Shown: positions 28,659 to 42,359 of the stretch, piece after piece
How positions within the stretch are numbered: the stretch's first letter is position 1
Layout of the letters: every line of letters starts with the position of its first letter
Source of the DNA: Sphaerodactylus townsendi
Taxonomy: Eukaryota
Direction of reading: 5' to 3'
Length of the DNA stretch: 64,000 bases
Assembly: GCF_021028975.2 (NCBI RefSeq)
Contig: NC_059427.1
Span: 125,178,001-125,242,000, forward strand
Program-made: the position numbers and the translations under genes
The notes under the pieces: generated by a model
What the model was told of the DNA's origin: nothing
What the model saw: only the letters and a program-made list of their open reading frames with translations
Database searches by the model: none

Positions 28659-29479
28659 CGCTAGGAGCTAAAACCACCAGGCTGCCACCGTGCAGCCTGG
28701 AAAGCCCACAATGGCCAGTTTATTCTTGCTGTGAAAACCTTCTACAATGCTGTGTACTGTATCAATTGTAAGTGGCTCACTTACAGTCAGATTCTCAAGT
28801 GTGTCCTCCATACGTTCCTCTTTGGGAAATGTGTCTGGATAGTTCATAGTTTAATCTGCAAATCTTCATTTCTGTGCCATGGGCTGTCTCTGAGCATATT
28901 CAGAGTGTGTTTTTTCCATGACAAAATAAATTACATGCCCAGGATTAGAATGAGGGAGGTTTCTGGGATAGAGGAAATGATGTCAAAGCAGTTCAGACTA
29001 TCTTGCTATTAAAGCTTGGTGTGCTTGATGTTAAAAGAAAGCACAGATCGTTTCTTAAACTGAGTTACACGCTGGTAAGGGGTGTGCAAGGCTAGAAATC
29101 ATGTGTGCTGAATTCAAGAGAAACTAATAATGTGTAAGTTTTAAATGAACCCCCCCCCCCAAGGATAGCTATATATTGTATTGTTCTTAAAAATAGTATG
29201 TCAAGGTAGCCCATGTGTAGTATAGCCATAAGTAGCAATCCTGTTAAGCTTCCTAGTAAGTTTTAAAAGTGTGTAAAAATGACCCTCACTTGGGGAAGTT
29301 ACTAGAAGAGCTTGTAACTTTGTTCCATACTTTTATACAAATCTTTTATTGAGCATATTTGTAGGCTTTTAGCTTGTCTTGACATGAGCTAGGCAATTAC
29401 TTTCAAGTTGGCTGTCATAGTATTCTTTTGGGCATATACTGGCTACACTTCTAGAGAAAGGTTAGAGGATACGCTAGAG

Positions 29480-29615
29480 CCGTGGTGGCGAACCTTTGGC
29501 ACTCCAGATGTTATGGACTACAATTCCCATCAGCCCCTGCCAGCATGGCCAATTGTAGGGGTTGATGGGAATTGTAGTCCATAACATCTGGAGTGCCAAA
29601 GGTTCGCCACCACTG
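29480..29615. mobile_element. Palindromic hAT MITE
   Basis: Fold-back, TSD CGCTAGAG/CGCTGGAG. Confidence 0.88.
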
Positions 29616-31347
29616 CGCTGGAGGGTGGGAACTGGACAGCATGCAATACTAGTAGGCCTGCAGTATAAACTGTTTTGGGTCTGATTAGAGAGAAAAATTG
29701 CATATAAATTAAGGAATGAGAAAGTATAATGTGTAGCATGTTATGGATAACAGCAAGAAAACTTGTTCATGTCATGTTGTTTTCCTGGGATATTTATTTA
29801 TTTATTCAGTTTATAAACTGTCCTTCCTGTTGCCACGTTTCTGGCTGGGGGCTACTGAATACAAGAGGCGGGGAAATATATTTTCTCTTTTGTGTGAGGC
29901 TTTCCTTGTTTCAGTCTTTCTTTGACCATCAGATTAATGATGGGGAAAATTGGAATAAGATGACTGGGGGGTATATGTAGCTTGTCATACCACCAGTTGA
30001 AAAGATGTGTGGACCACTACTTAAACTAAAAGTATTGTGAGGCAGAATAATTTTAGTGACTGGTAGAAGCAGAGAGGGGAGGAAAAATACAGCTTCTGCA
30101 TTTACATTATTTACTAGACTTGCATAAATTGGTCAGAAATTAACACTTGTATGTGAAGGGGGAACCCTTATACTTAACATAAAACATGGGCTCTAAAACA
30201 GTATTCTTTAGTTCTGTGTTTAATAAAGGAAAGCAACTTAAATTCGTTATGTGTCTTGTCTGTATCCTTGGTCTAGGTGTACTGATAACCTTTCGTATCC
30301 TTAACAATCTACATGCTCAGTGTGTTTCTTCCAGTATCTTAATTGCCTAGCCAAGGTTTGGTTAGCCAAGTCTTGTATTGAACCTGTCCTTCAGGATAGA
30401 TGTACAAAAAGTAAAAGTTGTTATCAAATAGGAGAAAAGTCAGTTGCAATGGATTAGGAAATGGTTACAAATTAAGCCTGTACATGAATATGCCATGTTA
30501 ATTGAATGCATAATATGAAACTAATCTCACCCGAAGCTTTGAAGAACAGGATCTGTTTTGTTGTTTAAATGAGAACATAAATCATGACAAGTGGATGACT
30601 TCCACAGGGAGCACAGCCATAGAAAAATGTCCAAAATTGTGAGCTCCCAGAGGAGACCTTCAGTGACTATCAGCCTGGTGGGCAGTTTCATAGGTAGCGA
30701 AAGTGGTTTCTCAGAGCATTTAGGATGTTAAAGGTCAAAACCCCCACTTTGGATTGTGCCCGGAAACCAACGTGGAGGCCAGTTAATGTTTATAAGTAGT
30801 TGAACCATTGCTGCAAATTCTAGTTAATAAATTGGCTACCATTTCAGACACAGGGACATCTTGAAAAGTCTTGATGGTGCTGGGTGAGCTTCTCAGTGTA
30901 GCATAATTGTGTGGTAGAAATGCTGCACTGAGAAAGCCCTTCTGAGACTGGTGACTGGGGATGTCTTACGCTTTGGGGGAAGGTACCCATTGTTGCCTGA
31001 AAGCATTGGGAGAATTAAAGGAACTTAGTAAAAGGATGAGTTGGTCATGTAGCTTAACTATAATAGCCTAACTGCTACCGGGCCACGAACTGGTAACCTA
31101 TTGACTTAGAAATGGATTTCTTCCATTGTGTCCCAGACTTGTAGCTCTATTGGTAAGTATCTGTGCTCCTGCAAACTCATTCCTGTCTCCTTCACCCTTC
31201 AAAGCTGTGCCACTGCTGAATACTCACCTTTATCTCGAATGATTTCTTGGCTCAACTGCTCTTAGTAGCCCAGCCTAGATAGGCATTGTAGTACTTCCAG
31301 TAACAGCTCCAGTAGGGTTCCTGGTGGCCCGTCCTTTTTTAGCATTT

Positions 31348-32231
31348 AAGAACATAAGAACATAAGAACTAGCCTGCTGGATCAGACCAGAGTCCATCTA
31401 GTCTAGCATTCTGCTACTCGCAGTGGCCCACCAGGTGCCTTTGGGAGCTCACATGCAGGATGTGAAAGCAATGGCCTGCTGCTGCTGCTGCTCCTGAGCA
31501 CCTGGTCTGCTAAGGCATTTGCAATCTGAGATCAAGGAGGATCAAGATTGGTAGCCATAGATTGACTTCTCCTCCATAAATCTGTCCAAGCCCCTTTTAA
31601 AGCTATCCAGGTTAGTGGCCATCACCACCTCCTGTGGCAGCATATTCCAAACACCAATCACACGATGCGTGAAGAAGTGTTTCCTTTTATTAGTCCTAAT
31701 TCTTCCCCCCAGCATTTTCAATGAATGCCCCCTGGTTCTAGTATTGTGAGAAAGAGAGAAAAATTTCTCTCTGTCAACATTCTCTACCCCATGCATAATT
31801 TTATAGACTTCAATCATATCCCCCCTCAGACGTCTCCTCTCCAAACTAAAGAGTCCCAAATGCTGCAGCCTCTCCTTATAAGGAAGGTGCTCCAATCCTT
31901 CAATCATCCTCGTTGCCCTTCTCTGCACTTTTTCTATCTCTTCGATATCCTTTTTGAGATGTGGCGACCAGAACTGAACACAGTACTCCAAGTGCGGTCG
32001 CACCACTGCTTTATATAAGGGCAAGACAATCCTTGCAGTTTTATTATCAACTCCTTTCCTAATGATCCCCAGCATAGAGTTTGCCTTTTTCACAGCTGCC
32101 ATGCATTGAGTTGACATTCCCATGGAACTATCCACTAAGATGCCCAAATCCCTTTCCTGGTCTGTGACTAATAGCACTGATCCCTGTAGCATGTATGTGA
32201 AGTTTGGATTTTTTGCCCCTATGTGCATCAT
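31348..32231 (-). mobile_element. 5'-truncated CR1 LINE (ORF2 C-terminus plus 3' UTR)
   Basis: Open frame with ERDLG, VRPHLEYCVQFWSP, VQRRATRMI, RRLRGDMIEVYK and TRGH motifs, stop at 31542, and an (TTCTTATG)n octamer tail. Confidence 0.93.
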
Positions 32232-33447
32232 TTGTAGCTGGGTTTCCAAGGTGAGCGTTTGTATACACTGCAGCTTAGCCAACACGTACTGCCAGTTCAC
32301 ACAGTGGTAGGGCCAATTATTCAGCAGGTAAATGCAGACCAGACATAAAACTCTCTCACTTTTTCTGTCAGATTAAGGGCCTCGATTTATTACCTGGCTT
32401 CCCACCAGTAGCATTCTTGCAAAGATAGGCAGTAGTTAGAAGTTACAGAATATTAACCAGGAAAGTCTGTGAAAGGATCTATGCCACTTAAAAAAAAATC
32501 TTGCCCATCCTCTTAAGGAGTTTTGAGCTCAAATTCTGAAGGCTAATGATTCTCAGCAAAATATTTGCTACTGTGTAGGACAAGCAGCATATGTTGACAA
32601 AAAGCATGTGTACCAAGGCTAAGTCCAGACTCCCCACTGGTCCTGAGCTCCCTGGTTGCAGCACACTGCATTATCTCTAGGCTAATGGGATCTCCAGTTT
32701 GTTCTGATGAAACCTTCTGCTAAAGTGAATTAGTGGTTTAGCCTTGGGGACCATTCATATGAGAAGCTTCTGTTTTTGCCTTCTTTCAGTTGCAGATGAT
32801 GATCTCCCTGGTGGCAAAGCCTTATGCATTCCCTCCCGTGCTGAATATTCTTCTGGTGGCAGTGCAGTCTGATTTCTCAGAAGACTTTCACGCTTAATTT
32901 CCAGTGGAATGCCACCTTCAGAGATCTACATATAATGAACATATTCCCTGAATGTAATGTTTAGGGAAGCAGAAACGGTCTGACAATAGAGAATGGAAAG
33001 GAAGCTGCCCTAATGCAGCAGAAAGTGGTCTTGTTTACATGGCAGACCCAGGCCAATTTTCTTCATGTCAGATGAATGACTGCTTGGTGTGAGGGTTTCT
33101 TGTAGCGTGGTATCCTGTGCAGGAATGTTTTGTTTTACATCTTTACATATACACAGAATGGGCACATACAAGCTGTCTGATGGACGTGTCAGCAAAGGTA
33201 CTTGGACAACATATTGTAACTGTGTTGCACAGTAAATTCCTATGGGTTGGGTCCAGATTAAGTTGTTAAATTGCCACAGATTCCCTTCCTGCTGCAGACT
33301 CCAAGCCCCCTGTCCACCAGAAGCAAGATTTTGTAAACATCAGAGGCATGGAGGAATGCAGGAAAGTTTTATCCTACAGAACATTTAGTCAAGATGCTTG
33401 AATACAAATGTGTTCAGGAGCTCCAGTCTGTTGAATTGATACTGGTA

Positions 33448-33661
33448 AGGCCAGAGTGGTATAGTGGTTAGTGTGAGACAAGGATCTGGGAAACCCAGGT
33501 TTAGATCTTCAAACTGTCATGGAAGCTTACTGGGAGACCTTGGGCCAGTTACACTCTGTCAGCCTAACCTACCTCACAGGATTGTTGTGAGGATAAAAGG
33601 GAAGAGAGAACAATGTTAGCTGCTATGGGTCCTAATTGCGGAGAAAGGCAGGATATAAATA
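33448..33661 (+). mobile_element. Older tRNA-derived SINE
   Basis: A-box-like TGGTATAGTGGTTAG, core GACCTTGGGCCAGT...CCTACCTCACAGG, and tail GGATATAAAT. Confidence 0.7.
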
Positions 33662-34849
33662 AAGTCAACAAAATAAATTGTCTGACCAGTATACTTGTTC
33701 AGTTGTATGCGAGAGGCTTATTTGGTCTGTCCTTTATCTGTCTGCCTCGGTGAATAAAATTATGGGTTAATGCTGCATGGAATACATAGCTATCCACTGC
33801 AAGGCCAAGTGGGAATTGAACGGTCATCCTTTATGGATGTAGAGTGTATCCTAATTACTTAGGGGCAGGCAAGCTTTTCTGTGCATTGGCATTTTTTCCT
33901 AGAGTACCATAGTTGCTGCCTTGAAGCTTTGGATTCAAAGTGGGTTAAGATCATAGCTTTTGGGAGTTAGCCATATTAATTCAGTAGCTGATCTTAGATT
34001 AGGTGTGCGAGGGAACATTCACAGGATTTCCTGTACTGTTATGCCCCTGCTCCTTGAGAATTTGTGTGTCAGTTCTATATTAGTACAAAAATAGTCCTGG
34101 GAGGTACAGTTCTAATTAATCTGCTCTTCCTGAACCTTCTTTCCCCCCACCCATGGGTACTAAGCAATGTTAGGTGGTTTTGCAGGCTTTCCAGTTCAGC
34201 CAGGACAGAACTGTAGTGTTACATAATTCACTGTGAATGTCTCTAACATTGTATTTCTTCTAGAAGGTGTGGGATTACTGCAGTTTTAGGGAAGAACTAG
34301 CTGATTTTTGAAAGGGAACACTTGTGAGAACTGGATAAAAACTCATTGGCTCTGTGTAGTCCAATACAGCAAATACATGCGTATATTATTAAAAAAAAAT
34401 TTTTTGCACAGTATGTCTGTACTCTAGTAGTTTGTGGTTGATTCTTGAAACTAATATGCTTTGTTGATACTTTTGGTTGAGCAATGTGGTGCCCACAAGA
34501 GTAAGTGTGAGGAAATGACTTTCCAATAGTTTCTTCTTGCAAAGTCACTTTGCTAGCAAGTGATTGAATCACATACAGGAAATGCGGCCTGTCAGACAAG
34601 CAGGGGCAAACTTAGAAATGTAACTGCTGGCTGTTTGGAAGGCCATATCTGTAGGCAAGGAAGTTGTGGTCATTGTGCTACATTAGATATGAGTCTACCC
34701 CATATGAGATGGCTGTTTTCTTTCAAATCTGTGCTAAGAAAACATGCCTCAGATCAGGAAATACAGCAGCATTTTCTTTCTTTCAAGAGCTAGAATTATT
34801 AAGCAGTTGGGATAAAATAGGGTGTAGGAGCCATAGCAAGTTGAACTTT

Positions 34850-34930
34850 GAAGATGGTGAGAAGGAACAAACGTTAGGAACAAGATCCACCAGACCACGG
34901 CCACACAGCCTGGAAAACCCACCAGAACTA
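34850..34930 (+). mobile_element. Divergent Penelope-like terminal fragment
   Basis: AAACGTTAGGA...CACGGCCACACAGCCTGGAAAACCCAC resembles the other three copies. Confidence 0.5.
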
Positions 34931-34974
34931 GAACACCTATATTGTTTGGTGGTGGAGAGACACAGCTGACTTAA

Positions 34975-35150
34975 CGGTGATCCTGTAGGCTTTTCAAGGC
35001 TAGAGAGAAGCAGAGGTGGTTTGCCGTCGCCTGTCTCTGCATCGTGTTCCTGCTACTTTTTGGTGGTCTGCCATCCAAGAACTAACCAGGATCAATTCTG
35101 CTTAGCTTCTAAAAAGTGGCAAGATTGGTCTAGCCTGGACCATCCAGGTC
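34975..35150 (-). mobile_element. 5S rRNA-derived SINE, degenerate
   Basis: The reverse strand carries 5S-like AGAAGCTAAGCAG...GGTTAGT.CTTGGATGG.AGACC. Confidence 0.6.
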
Positions 35151-35424
35151 TGGGTTATGAAAACTATGCATCCTCTTGAAATCTTGCTTCCATACACAAA
35201 TTCAGAGCTATTTCTTGTAGCTAAGTTGAAACATTTTTTTGAAATGAGAACTGTGATTCTCAGGTTGCTCCTTCTGAGTGGGACATATCTAATAGTAAGG
35301 TGTATTTTTATAGGATTAATATTGTTACCCTTGGCTTGCTCCTCATGTGAATTTTGCCTGTCCATATTCTAGAATATTGGTATTGTGTACTAGAACATCT
35401 TCCTCTGGATAAGCGCTTTAGTTA

Positions 35425-36366
35425 CTGTATATACTCGCAAATGTCGAATTTTTCAGCACATTTTTTGTGCTGAAAAAGCCCTCCTCAACTTATACGCGAG
35501 TGAGGTGTATTTTTAAAAATATTTTAGGATTTTTACTTTGTCGGCCGCCAGGGGGCGCAGTTTTTAAGCTAGTGGCATCAAAATTTCAGGGTATCATCAG
35601 GTGACACTCCTGATGATATTAGCCAGGTTTGGTGAAGTTTGGTTCAGGGGGTCCAAAGTTATTCACCCCCAAAGGGAGTGCCCCATCCCCCATTGTTTCC
35701 AATGGGAGCCAATAGTAGATGGGGCTACATTTTGAGGGTCCATAACTTTGGACCCCCTGAACCAAACTTCACAAAACCTGGGTGGTATCATCAGGATAAT
35801 CTCTTGCTGATACCAGCCAGGTTTGGTGATGTTTGGTTCTGGGGATCCAAAGTTATGGATCCCCAAAGGGGTGCTCCCATCCCTCATTGTTTCCAATGGA
35901 AGCTAATAGCAGATGGGGCTACCCCCTTTTGAAGGTCCATAACTTTGGACCCCCTGAACCAAACTTCACCAAACCTGACTGGTATCATCAGGAGGGTCTC
36001 CTAAAGATACTCTGAAATGTTGGTACTGCTAACATAAACATTCCTCCCCTGACAGGCACCCTCAACTTTTCCCAAGATTCTCCCTTTAAATCACCCCCCC
36101 CCTTCTGAGTGGATTTAAAGGGAGAATCAGGGCTTACAGAGCTAGTTTACTGTTTTTCTTTGAAATAAATGTTCAAAAACATTTAACTTACTGATGCCTC
36201 AATTAATGTAATTTCATTGGTATCTTTTTATTTTTGAAATTTATCAGTAGCTGCTGCATTTCCCACCCTCAACTTATATGCAAGTCAATAAGTTTTCCCA
36301 GTTTTTTGTGGTAAAATTAGGTGCCTCGACTTATATGCAGGTCGACTTATACACGAGTATATAAGG
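35425..36366. mobile_element. Tc1/mariner-pogo-type non-autonomous element with internal alternating repeats
   Basis: TA|CTGTATATACTCG ... CGAGTATATAAGG|TA termini, with internal inverted and direct repeat modules. Confidence 0.75.
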
Positions 36367-36772
36367 TAAATTTGTTTTCAAAATTTCCTGGAAATGCTGA
36401 CCACCAAAGAATAGCAGGAACACAATGCAGAGACAGGCAATGCCACATGGTTGTTTTTTGTGGTCTCTTCTTCCCTAACTTCTTCCCTAGCCTGTGTCTT
36501 GCAAGAATTCACATGTTCTTGGCTCCCCTCTAGTATCTTGAAGAATCTATCAAACTATACAGTCCCCTATAAGTGTCTTCTGGGTTGAGCCCACAGAATT
36601 TCTTTTTCCACTTCAGATATTGTGAGCAGAGCCTCAAAGAGTGATTCAGATCATTCCACTAATGTTTTATTTCCCTACGACCTGTAAATGGGGGTGGGGA
36701 CCACGACCACAATAAAACGTCTTTTGTTCTCTCCAGCCAAATTTTATCCTACTGATTCTTAATAAACTAGAC

Positions 36773-36907
36773 CAGAGGTGTAGCTCCGGGGGGAGGGGGG
36801 GGTGCACCGGGCGTGCGCCCCTGTGGGGGTGTGGCAAGGGCATGGCAGGGGCGGGGGCAGAGGATGCACCAGTGCACCAGGCGCTTTCCCCCCTTGCTAC
36901 GTCTCTG
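36773..36907. mobile_element. GC-rich hAT-like MITE
   Basis: TIRs CAGAGGTGTAGC / GCTACGTCTCTG, TSD AACTAGAC/AAATAGAC. Confidence 0.75.
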
Positions 36908-37395
36908 AAATAGACGCTTCAAAGACATTTAGGAGATTGGGGTAAGGAAAATAGGCTTCCTCTGGCTTTGAAGCTGATCCTGGACTTGCAGCTTGCATGT
37001 GAAAGAAGGCTGTTCCCTGCTTTTCTGCTGAAGTCTACCTCCCAAAGGCTGCTACAGTATGTTACGGCTACACAACTTGATTGGCTTTCTGCATACAGAA
37101 TGGCCACTACAGATCTGCCTGTTCTGCGATCAGCAAAGCAGCTGTAGCTCAACTTCCTAGACCGAAGCACTCCTTCATAATCTGTGGGGACAAGTTGTGG
37201 TGCCGGCCTTCCTTGGGAATCTTGGCAGTCAAAGAGGCTTTCTAGGCTGCAGTTAACAACAGTCTTTAGAGGATTAGTGTCTTAGCCTGGGGGTGTGAGA
37301 GTTGTGGATTCTGATCCCTTGCACCGGTGATCCTCATTCCATGGTACATCTATTGAAGAAATTGATTGTGACTTCTGTTGTCTTATACATCATGT

Positions 37396-37693
37396 GAAGA
37401 AGAAAAATTTGGATTTATATCCCCCTCTTCTCTCCTATAGGAGACTCAAAGGGGCTTACAATCTCCTTGCCCTTCCCGCCTCACAACAAACACTCTGTGA
37501 GGCGGGTGGGACTGAGAGAACTCTGAGAAGCTGTGACTCGCCCAAGGTCACCCAGCTGGCATGTGTGGGAGTGCACAGGCTAATCTGAATTCCCCAGATA
37601 AGCCTCTACAGCTCAAGCAATAGAGCAGGGAATCAAACCCAGTTCCTCCAGATTAGAATGCACCTGCTCTTAACCACTACGCCACTGCTGCTC
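37396..37693 (-). mobile_element. Full-length tRNA-derived squamate SINE
   Basis: Reverse-complement match to 44026-44321, with a (CTT)n tail. Confidence 0.85.
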
Positions 37694-39786
37694 CTGTGTG
37701 CAGAGTACTCTCTGTATTTCTGTCACTGTTCTAGTTGCTTCATTTTGCAGAACAGTAAACAGGTGTTTGGCTCTCTAGACTAGCAATTTTGTTCCAGCAT
37801 GTAAACATTTTGTACATACTCATTGCAGTAAACTAACACCAATGGTATTCTGGAATCATTTTGTGGAGTGTGTCACTTTCCAGAGTCCTTTCCAATACTT
37901 GATGCATGGGTGCATTGCAAAGTGGGAAGTGGAATTGATGAAGCCATGCCCAGTCATTCATCTGAGTACTACTTTGCTGCGTGGGTGTGGGGGAGGGAGG
38001 CAGCACTGAGCCTAGTGATGCAGCTTGAGGCCACAAGATGGTGGTGTAATAACTGTGTTTCCTAATGGCCAAAGTAGAGTGCTGCCTTCAGGATATAAGG
38101 AACAGGCAGGGATCTGGTAGGCAGCCTGATTCGGAGGAGAAAACAGTGGAGCTGTGCCAGCGGCTGCTGCTTTTCAGTGTCATGTCCAAGGCATGTGGCC
38201 ACACCCTTGGAAAATGAGCCAACTTCTTGCTGAGGGGAGGAGACTTTTGCTGCTTTCTAAAGGAGTGGGGCTGGGCTGCATCTTGTTATCCTTCTAGTCA
38301 CAAGAGCAGGGCACTCCCTTCGGTAGGAGAAGAATATTGTTTGCTGAAGGTTCCCCTTTCAGGACCCAGAAGAATTGGTGCCACCTTACACACCAGAAAA
38401 CACTTCTGGATGAATGACAAATGGTTCCTTATTCTGTGTTTAACTGGACACTACATGGGAACTCTCTCTCTCCCCCTCCCCCCAAGTGTTCTGGTAATTT
38501 TGAAGCTGGTGCCAGCTCAGTGAGTTCTGGGAAGAGTTTTTGCTAGGGGCAAAGAAGGGCTAGTGGTAAACTGCTGTGGGTTAATGGGCTGATGCTGCAT
38601 ACAGTCTGCCTTGTAAGTAATGGGAAGTGTGCCAGTTTACCAGGGCCTTCCCATTCCTGGAAAGCTCCTGGCTTCTTATCGCCAGGCAGTTCCTGTTTTG
38701 CTTTAGGATGAGTGGGGCTATGTTACCCTCCCATGTCTTTATAACTAGCTGGATTCAGAAGCAACTGGCATTTACTACTGTAAAGGAAACTGCTTCTCCT
38801 CTGGGCTCACCCTGTCTGCCAGAAAAGGGTGTATGTGTATCCTAAACATGCTTCACTTCATGTGAGACTGCAGTTGAAAATACTGGTATTAATGCAGAAG
38901 CCTTGTAAACTACTTGCTTCTTCGTAACACAACTCAGCTGCAGATGGGGTGAGTAGGAGTTCATGAAAAGCTTGAATGAATGGTTTTGTAGTAGTAGGTA
39001 ACCTCTGCCTAAATAAGTTTGATTTGCCTTCGTGTGCAAATATATATATATATATAAAAAACAACCCTAAATTGACCATGGCAGCCATCTCTTTAAGAAA
39101 CTTTTATTTTAAAGAGAAGAGTGTTAGAAGGGAGTGTCTCTTTATGCTATGTCTCTCTGCCTATGTCTTGTGGCTGCTTCCAGCCTCCTCAAGTTGCAAG
39201 AGCAATTAAGCATTTTTGATGAGGAGAAGCAAGTGAGTTAGTGTGCCCTACCAAACTTTCAGGACCACTGTCACCTCTACTTCCTTTTTCCTAGGGAAGC
39301 CAAAGTTTCATCCTGTGTGGTTTGTGCCCTTCTCCTTGTCAAAGGATCTATATATTAGCTATGTGTAGTTCTTTTTGTCAGCAGGAGTTAAGAGTTCAAA
39401 GCTACATAATGTAATTTTGCTCTTAAAGGACACGCGAGGAGAGTTGGGGTTATAGTCATTCAGTTCTTCTTTACTCATTTAAACAGATGTAACACAGCCA
39501 AGATAAGGAATAAAAACGAGAGTTATCACAAAATCACTGCTGCCTGCTTTCTAATTGAATAGCCGTCTGTGGCAAAGCTCCTTTTGGTCTGTCAGTTCAT
39601 TTTCTCTGCCTCCTACTTTTCTCTCATTAGTTACCTGTCAAATACTTTAAATAAATAAAATTCCAGTCTTCCTAATGTCCTATTTTCTGCAGCTGTTACT
39701 ACTACAAATTTCTTTGAGCTTTTCCCAAATATTTCATGTTTGCTTCAGTTGCCCTGTAAGCTACCTTGTAATATATTGGAATAGAC

Positions 39787-39925
39787 CCGTGGTGGCGAAC
39801 CTATGACACTCCAAATATTCATGGACTACAATTCCCATCAGCCTCTGCCAGCATGGCCAATTGACAGAGGCTGATGGGAATTGTAGTCCATGAACATCTG
39901 GAGTGCCATAGGTTTGCCACCACGG
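39787..39925. mobile_element. Palindromic hAT MITE
   Basis: Fold-back, TSD GAATAGAC. Confidence 0.88.
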
Positions 39926-40065
39926 GAATAGACCCTATAACCGTTTGCTTCCTGATTTAGCAAGTAGGGGAACAACAACGCGTGTAGATTTTTTTCCTTA
40001 ACTTTATGACTTTGTGGGCTTCTGCTCAGTTTGAAAACTGCTACTTCAAAGTGTAAGGTTTACAT

Positions 40066-40213
40066 CAGGGGTAGGGAACCTGCGGCTCTCCAGATGTTCA
40101 GGAACTACAATTCCCATCAGCCTCTGTCAGCATGGCCAATTGGCCATGCTTGTAGGGGCTGATGGGAATTGTAGTTCCTGAACATCTGGAGAGCCGCAGG
40201 TTCCCTACCCCTG
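40066..40213. mobile_element. Palindromic hAT MITE
   Basis: Near-perfect fold-back, TSD GTTTACAT. Confidence 0.9.
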
Positions 40214-42359
40214 GTTTACATGTTTTAAGTTACTTCTGAAGTGGTATGTGAATTTTTGGGTTTTTTAAATTGTAAGCTGCCTTAGAGGCTAACAAGTAGA
40301 AATACAACTAATTATTCTCGTCTGAAATGTGGGGGGAAACCCACTTATTTATATCATTTATGCCTTCCATCTCTCTTAAATGGGGATCAAATCAGCTTAC
40401 ATTATTCTCTACTCCATTTTATTTTCACAACCACCCTGTGAGGGCTAAGAGTGAATGGCCCAGTGTCACCAGCAAGCTTCTATGGCAAAGTGGGGGATTC
40501 AAACTTGGGTCCCCAAAATCCAAACCTCTACCACATTGGCTTGCAAACTATGAACTTCTATAAAATGAGTCTGGACATCCTAAGGAATTTAGTTCTATAA
40601 TTTGGTAACTTCTGGTTTTCTAGTACTCCTAAGTCCTTTTCAGATATTACTAGAAGCCTGCCAACCAAACATATTGAGAACACATTCTGCCTGTAAGTCC
40701 TTCTAATACATGCAGTTGCCATGTTGTGAACTGGGGCAACATGCATGCTCAGCATGGGTGTAGAAGTATTTGTACATATGAACACAACCTATTGGTTCAT
40801 GCTCACTGCATCTCTACGACCACAGTAAATTTATATTTTGCCCCTGTTAATGCAGTATGGTGATAGTGCTTTTTCTCTCTCAACACATATAGATGATGGT
40901 AGGTTCCTGGTCCCTGCAGTGATGTCTGAAAAGGTCCCAAGAGATAGGAGGTATGCAAACTACCTGTGCTTTAGATCCAGGAGGACTATTGGCAGCACTA
41001 GACTCAAAAGGCTCAAGAGTAAGAGAAGTCCTATGTTGGAATCTCAGTTCAGTGTTAGGTTATAAGACAAAACGTCTCCAATACTTCAGATTGCTGAAGT
41101 TACTGGGATTCGTGTAGCATTCCCCAGCATCTTTCCATTCCATAAAGGAACTGGTTCTGCTTTACTTTGAGTCATGTGTGTTTCTCCCTGTTTGATCTTG
41201 TTTCCTCTTAGTTGTGTAAATGAGAAGTTAGTACTTCGGAAGCAGATTCAGGTGGGTAGCCATGTTGGTCCGAAAAAACCAAAAAAAGTTCAGAAGCACC
41301 TTTTAGCAAAGTTTTATTCTTGGTATAAACGTTTATGTTCATGCGCACTAAGTCGTTGGTCTTAGAGGTGCAACTGGACTTAAAACTTTTCTCTACGTTG
41401 GAAGCAGTCAGTATTTTATCCAAGATCTGGTGACTTCTAGAATTCAGTTGTTCCATGCTTTGCCATCCACTAATGTTGGCAGCATTTTAACCCTTTTCTG
41501 ACCTTCTTAGAGCTACTTTGCAAAATTATACACAGGAAAAGCACAAGAAGTAGCATTGGAGGGCAGAGGAAGCAGGGGAGAGCAGCTATCTCCCTGCACA
41601 GCATCCTTGTAAAAACGGGTTTGCTTTCTGCCACCACCTTGACAAGGAAATTCTAAAGCCTTTGAAAACTGGAGAACACAACCTCAGATTCTTTTTCAGA
41701 AAACCCCCTGGAATACAGTGACTTCAGATATAGTTTGCAGCGTGTGGAGGAGTTGGGAGGGTGTAGGGTTTATAAGAGCAGCAGACTTTCTTAACTGTTA
41801 TTACTTTTGCTTAGCCACATAATAGCTTCCTATTCATAATTTTTAGTACCTGCAGCTTATTACCTCTCCCCCCTAGCTAACAGCAGCTGCATTAGCTAGT
41901 CTCATTTAGCCTTGGATGTTCAAAAGGGGCTCAGCAGTCAGCTAGGACAGCTAGTGCACCCCTCTGGCAGCTGCTAATACTAACCTGCCTTCTTTGTACG
42001 TCTTGGAACACTTTTTGTTGGATGAGATAGTGTGTAGTATAGAGCAGACCTGGAAGCAGCGGGCATGTTGCTGCTCAGTTGGCTGCCATTAGAACTTGAT
42101 AGGGGGCCAGGACTCAGCTAGCAAAAGAAATATTTGCTCTAGCCGCAGCAGGAGGGATGAGAGTGTTTGAGCTGGGAACACTGCTATCTTGCTCTCTTCC
42201 CATGGATGGGCCATATTTCAAGCTGACCCCTTGAAACTGAAAAACAGTATCTTGAGAGGTTTCTCCATTAAGGAAACTTCACGGTCAGGGCTGCTAGTGC
42301 TCACAGGTGACAATTCATGTTCTTGTGTTTTCCTCTAGACATAGGTTGATCTTGCAGAG

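Noticed and set aside
31542-32300. 252-aa ORF as a host gene
   Set aside because: It is a CR1 ORF2 C-terminus. The first 23 or so codons come from flanking DNA.
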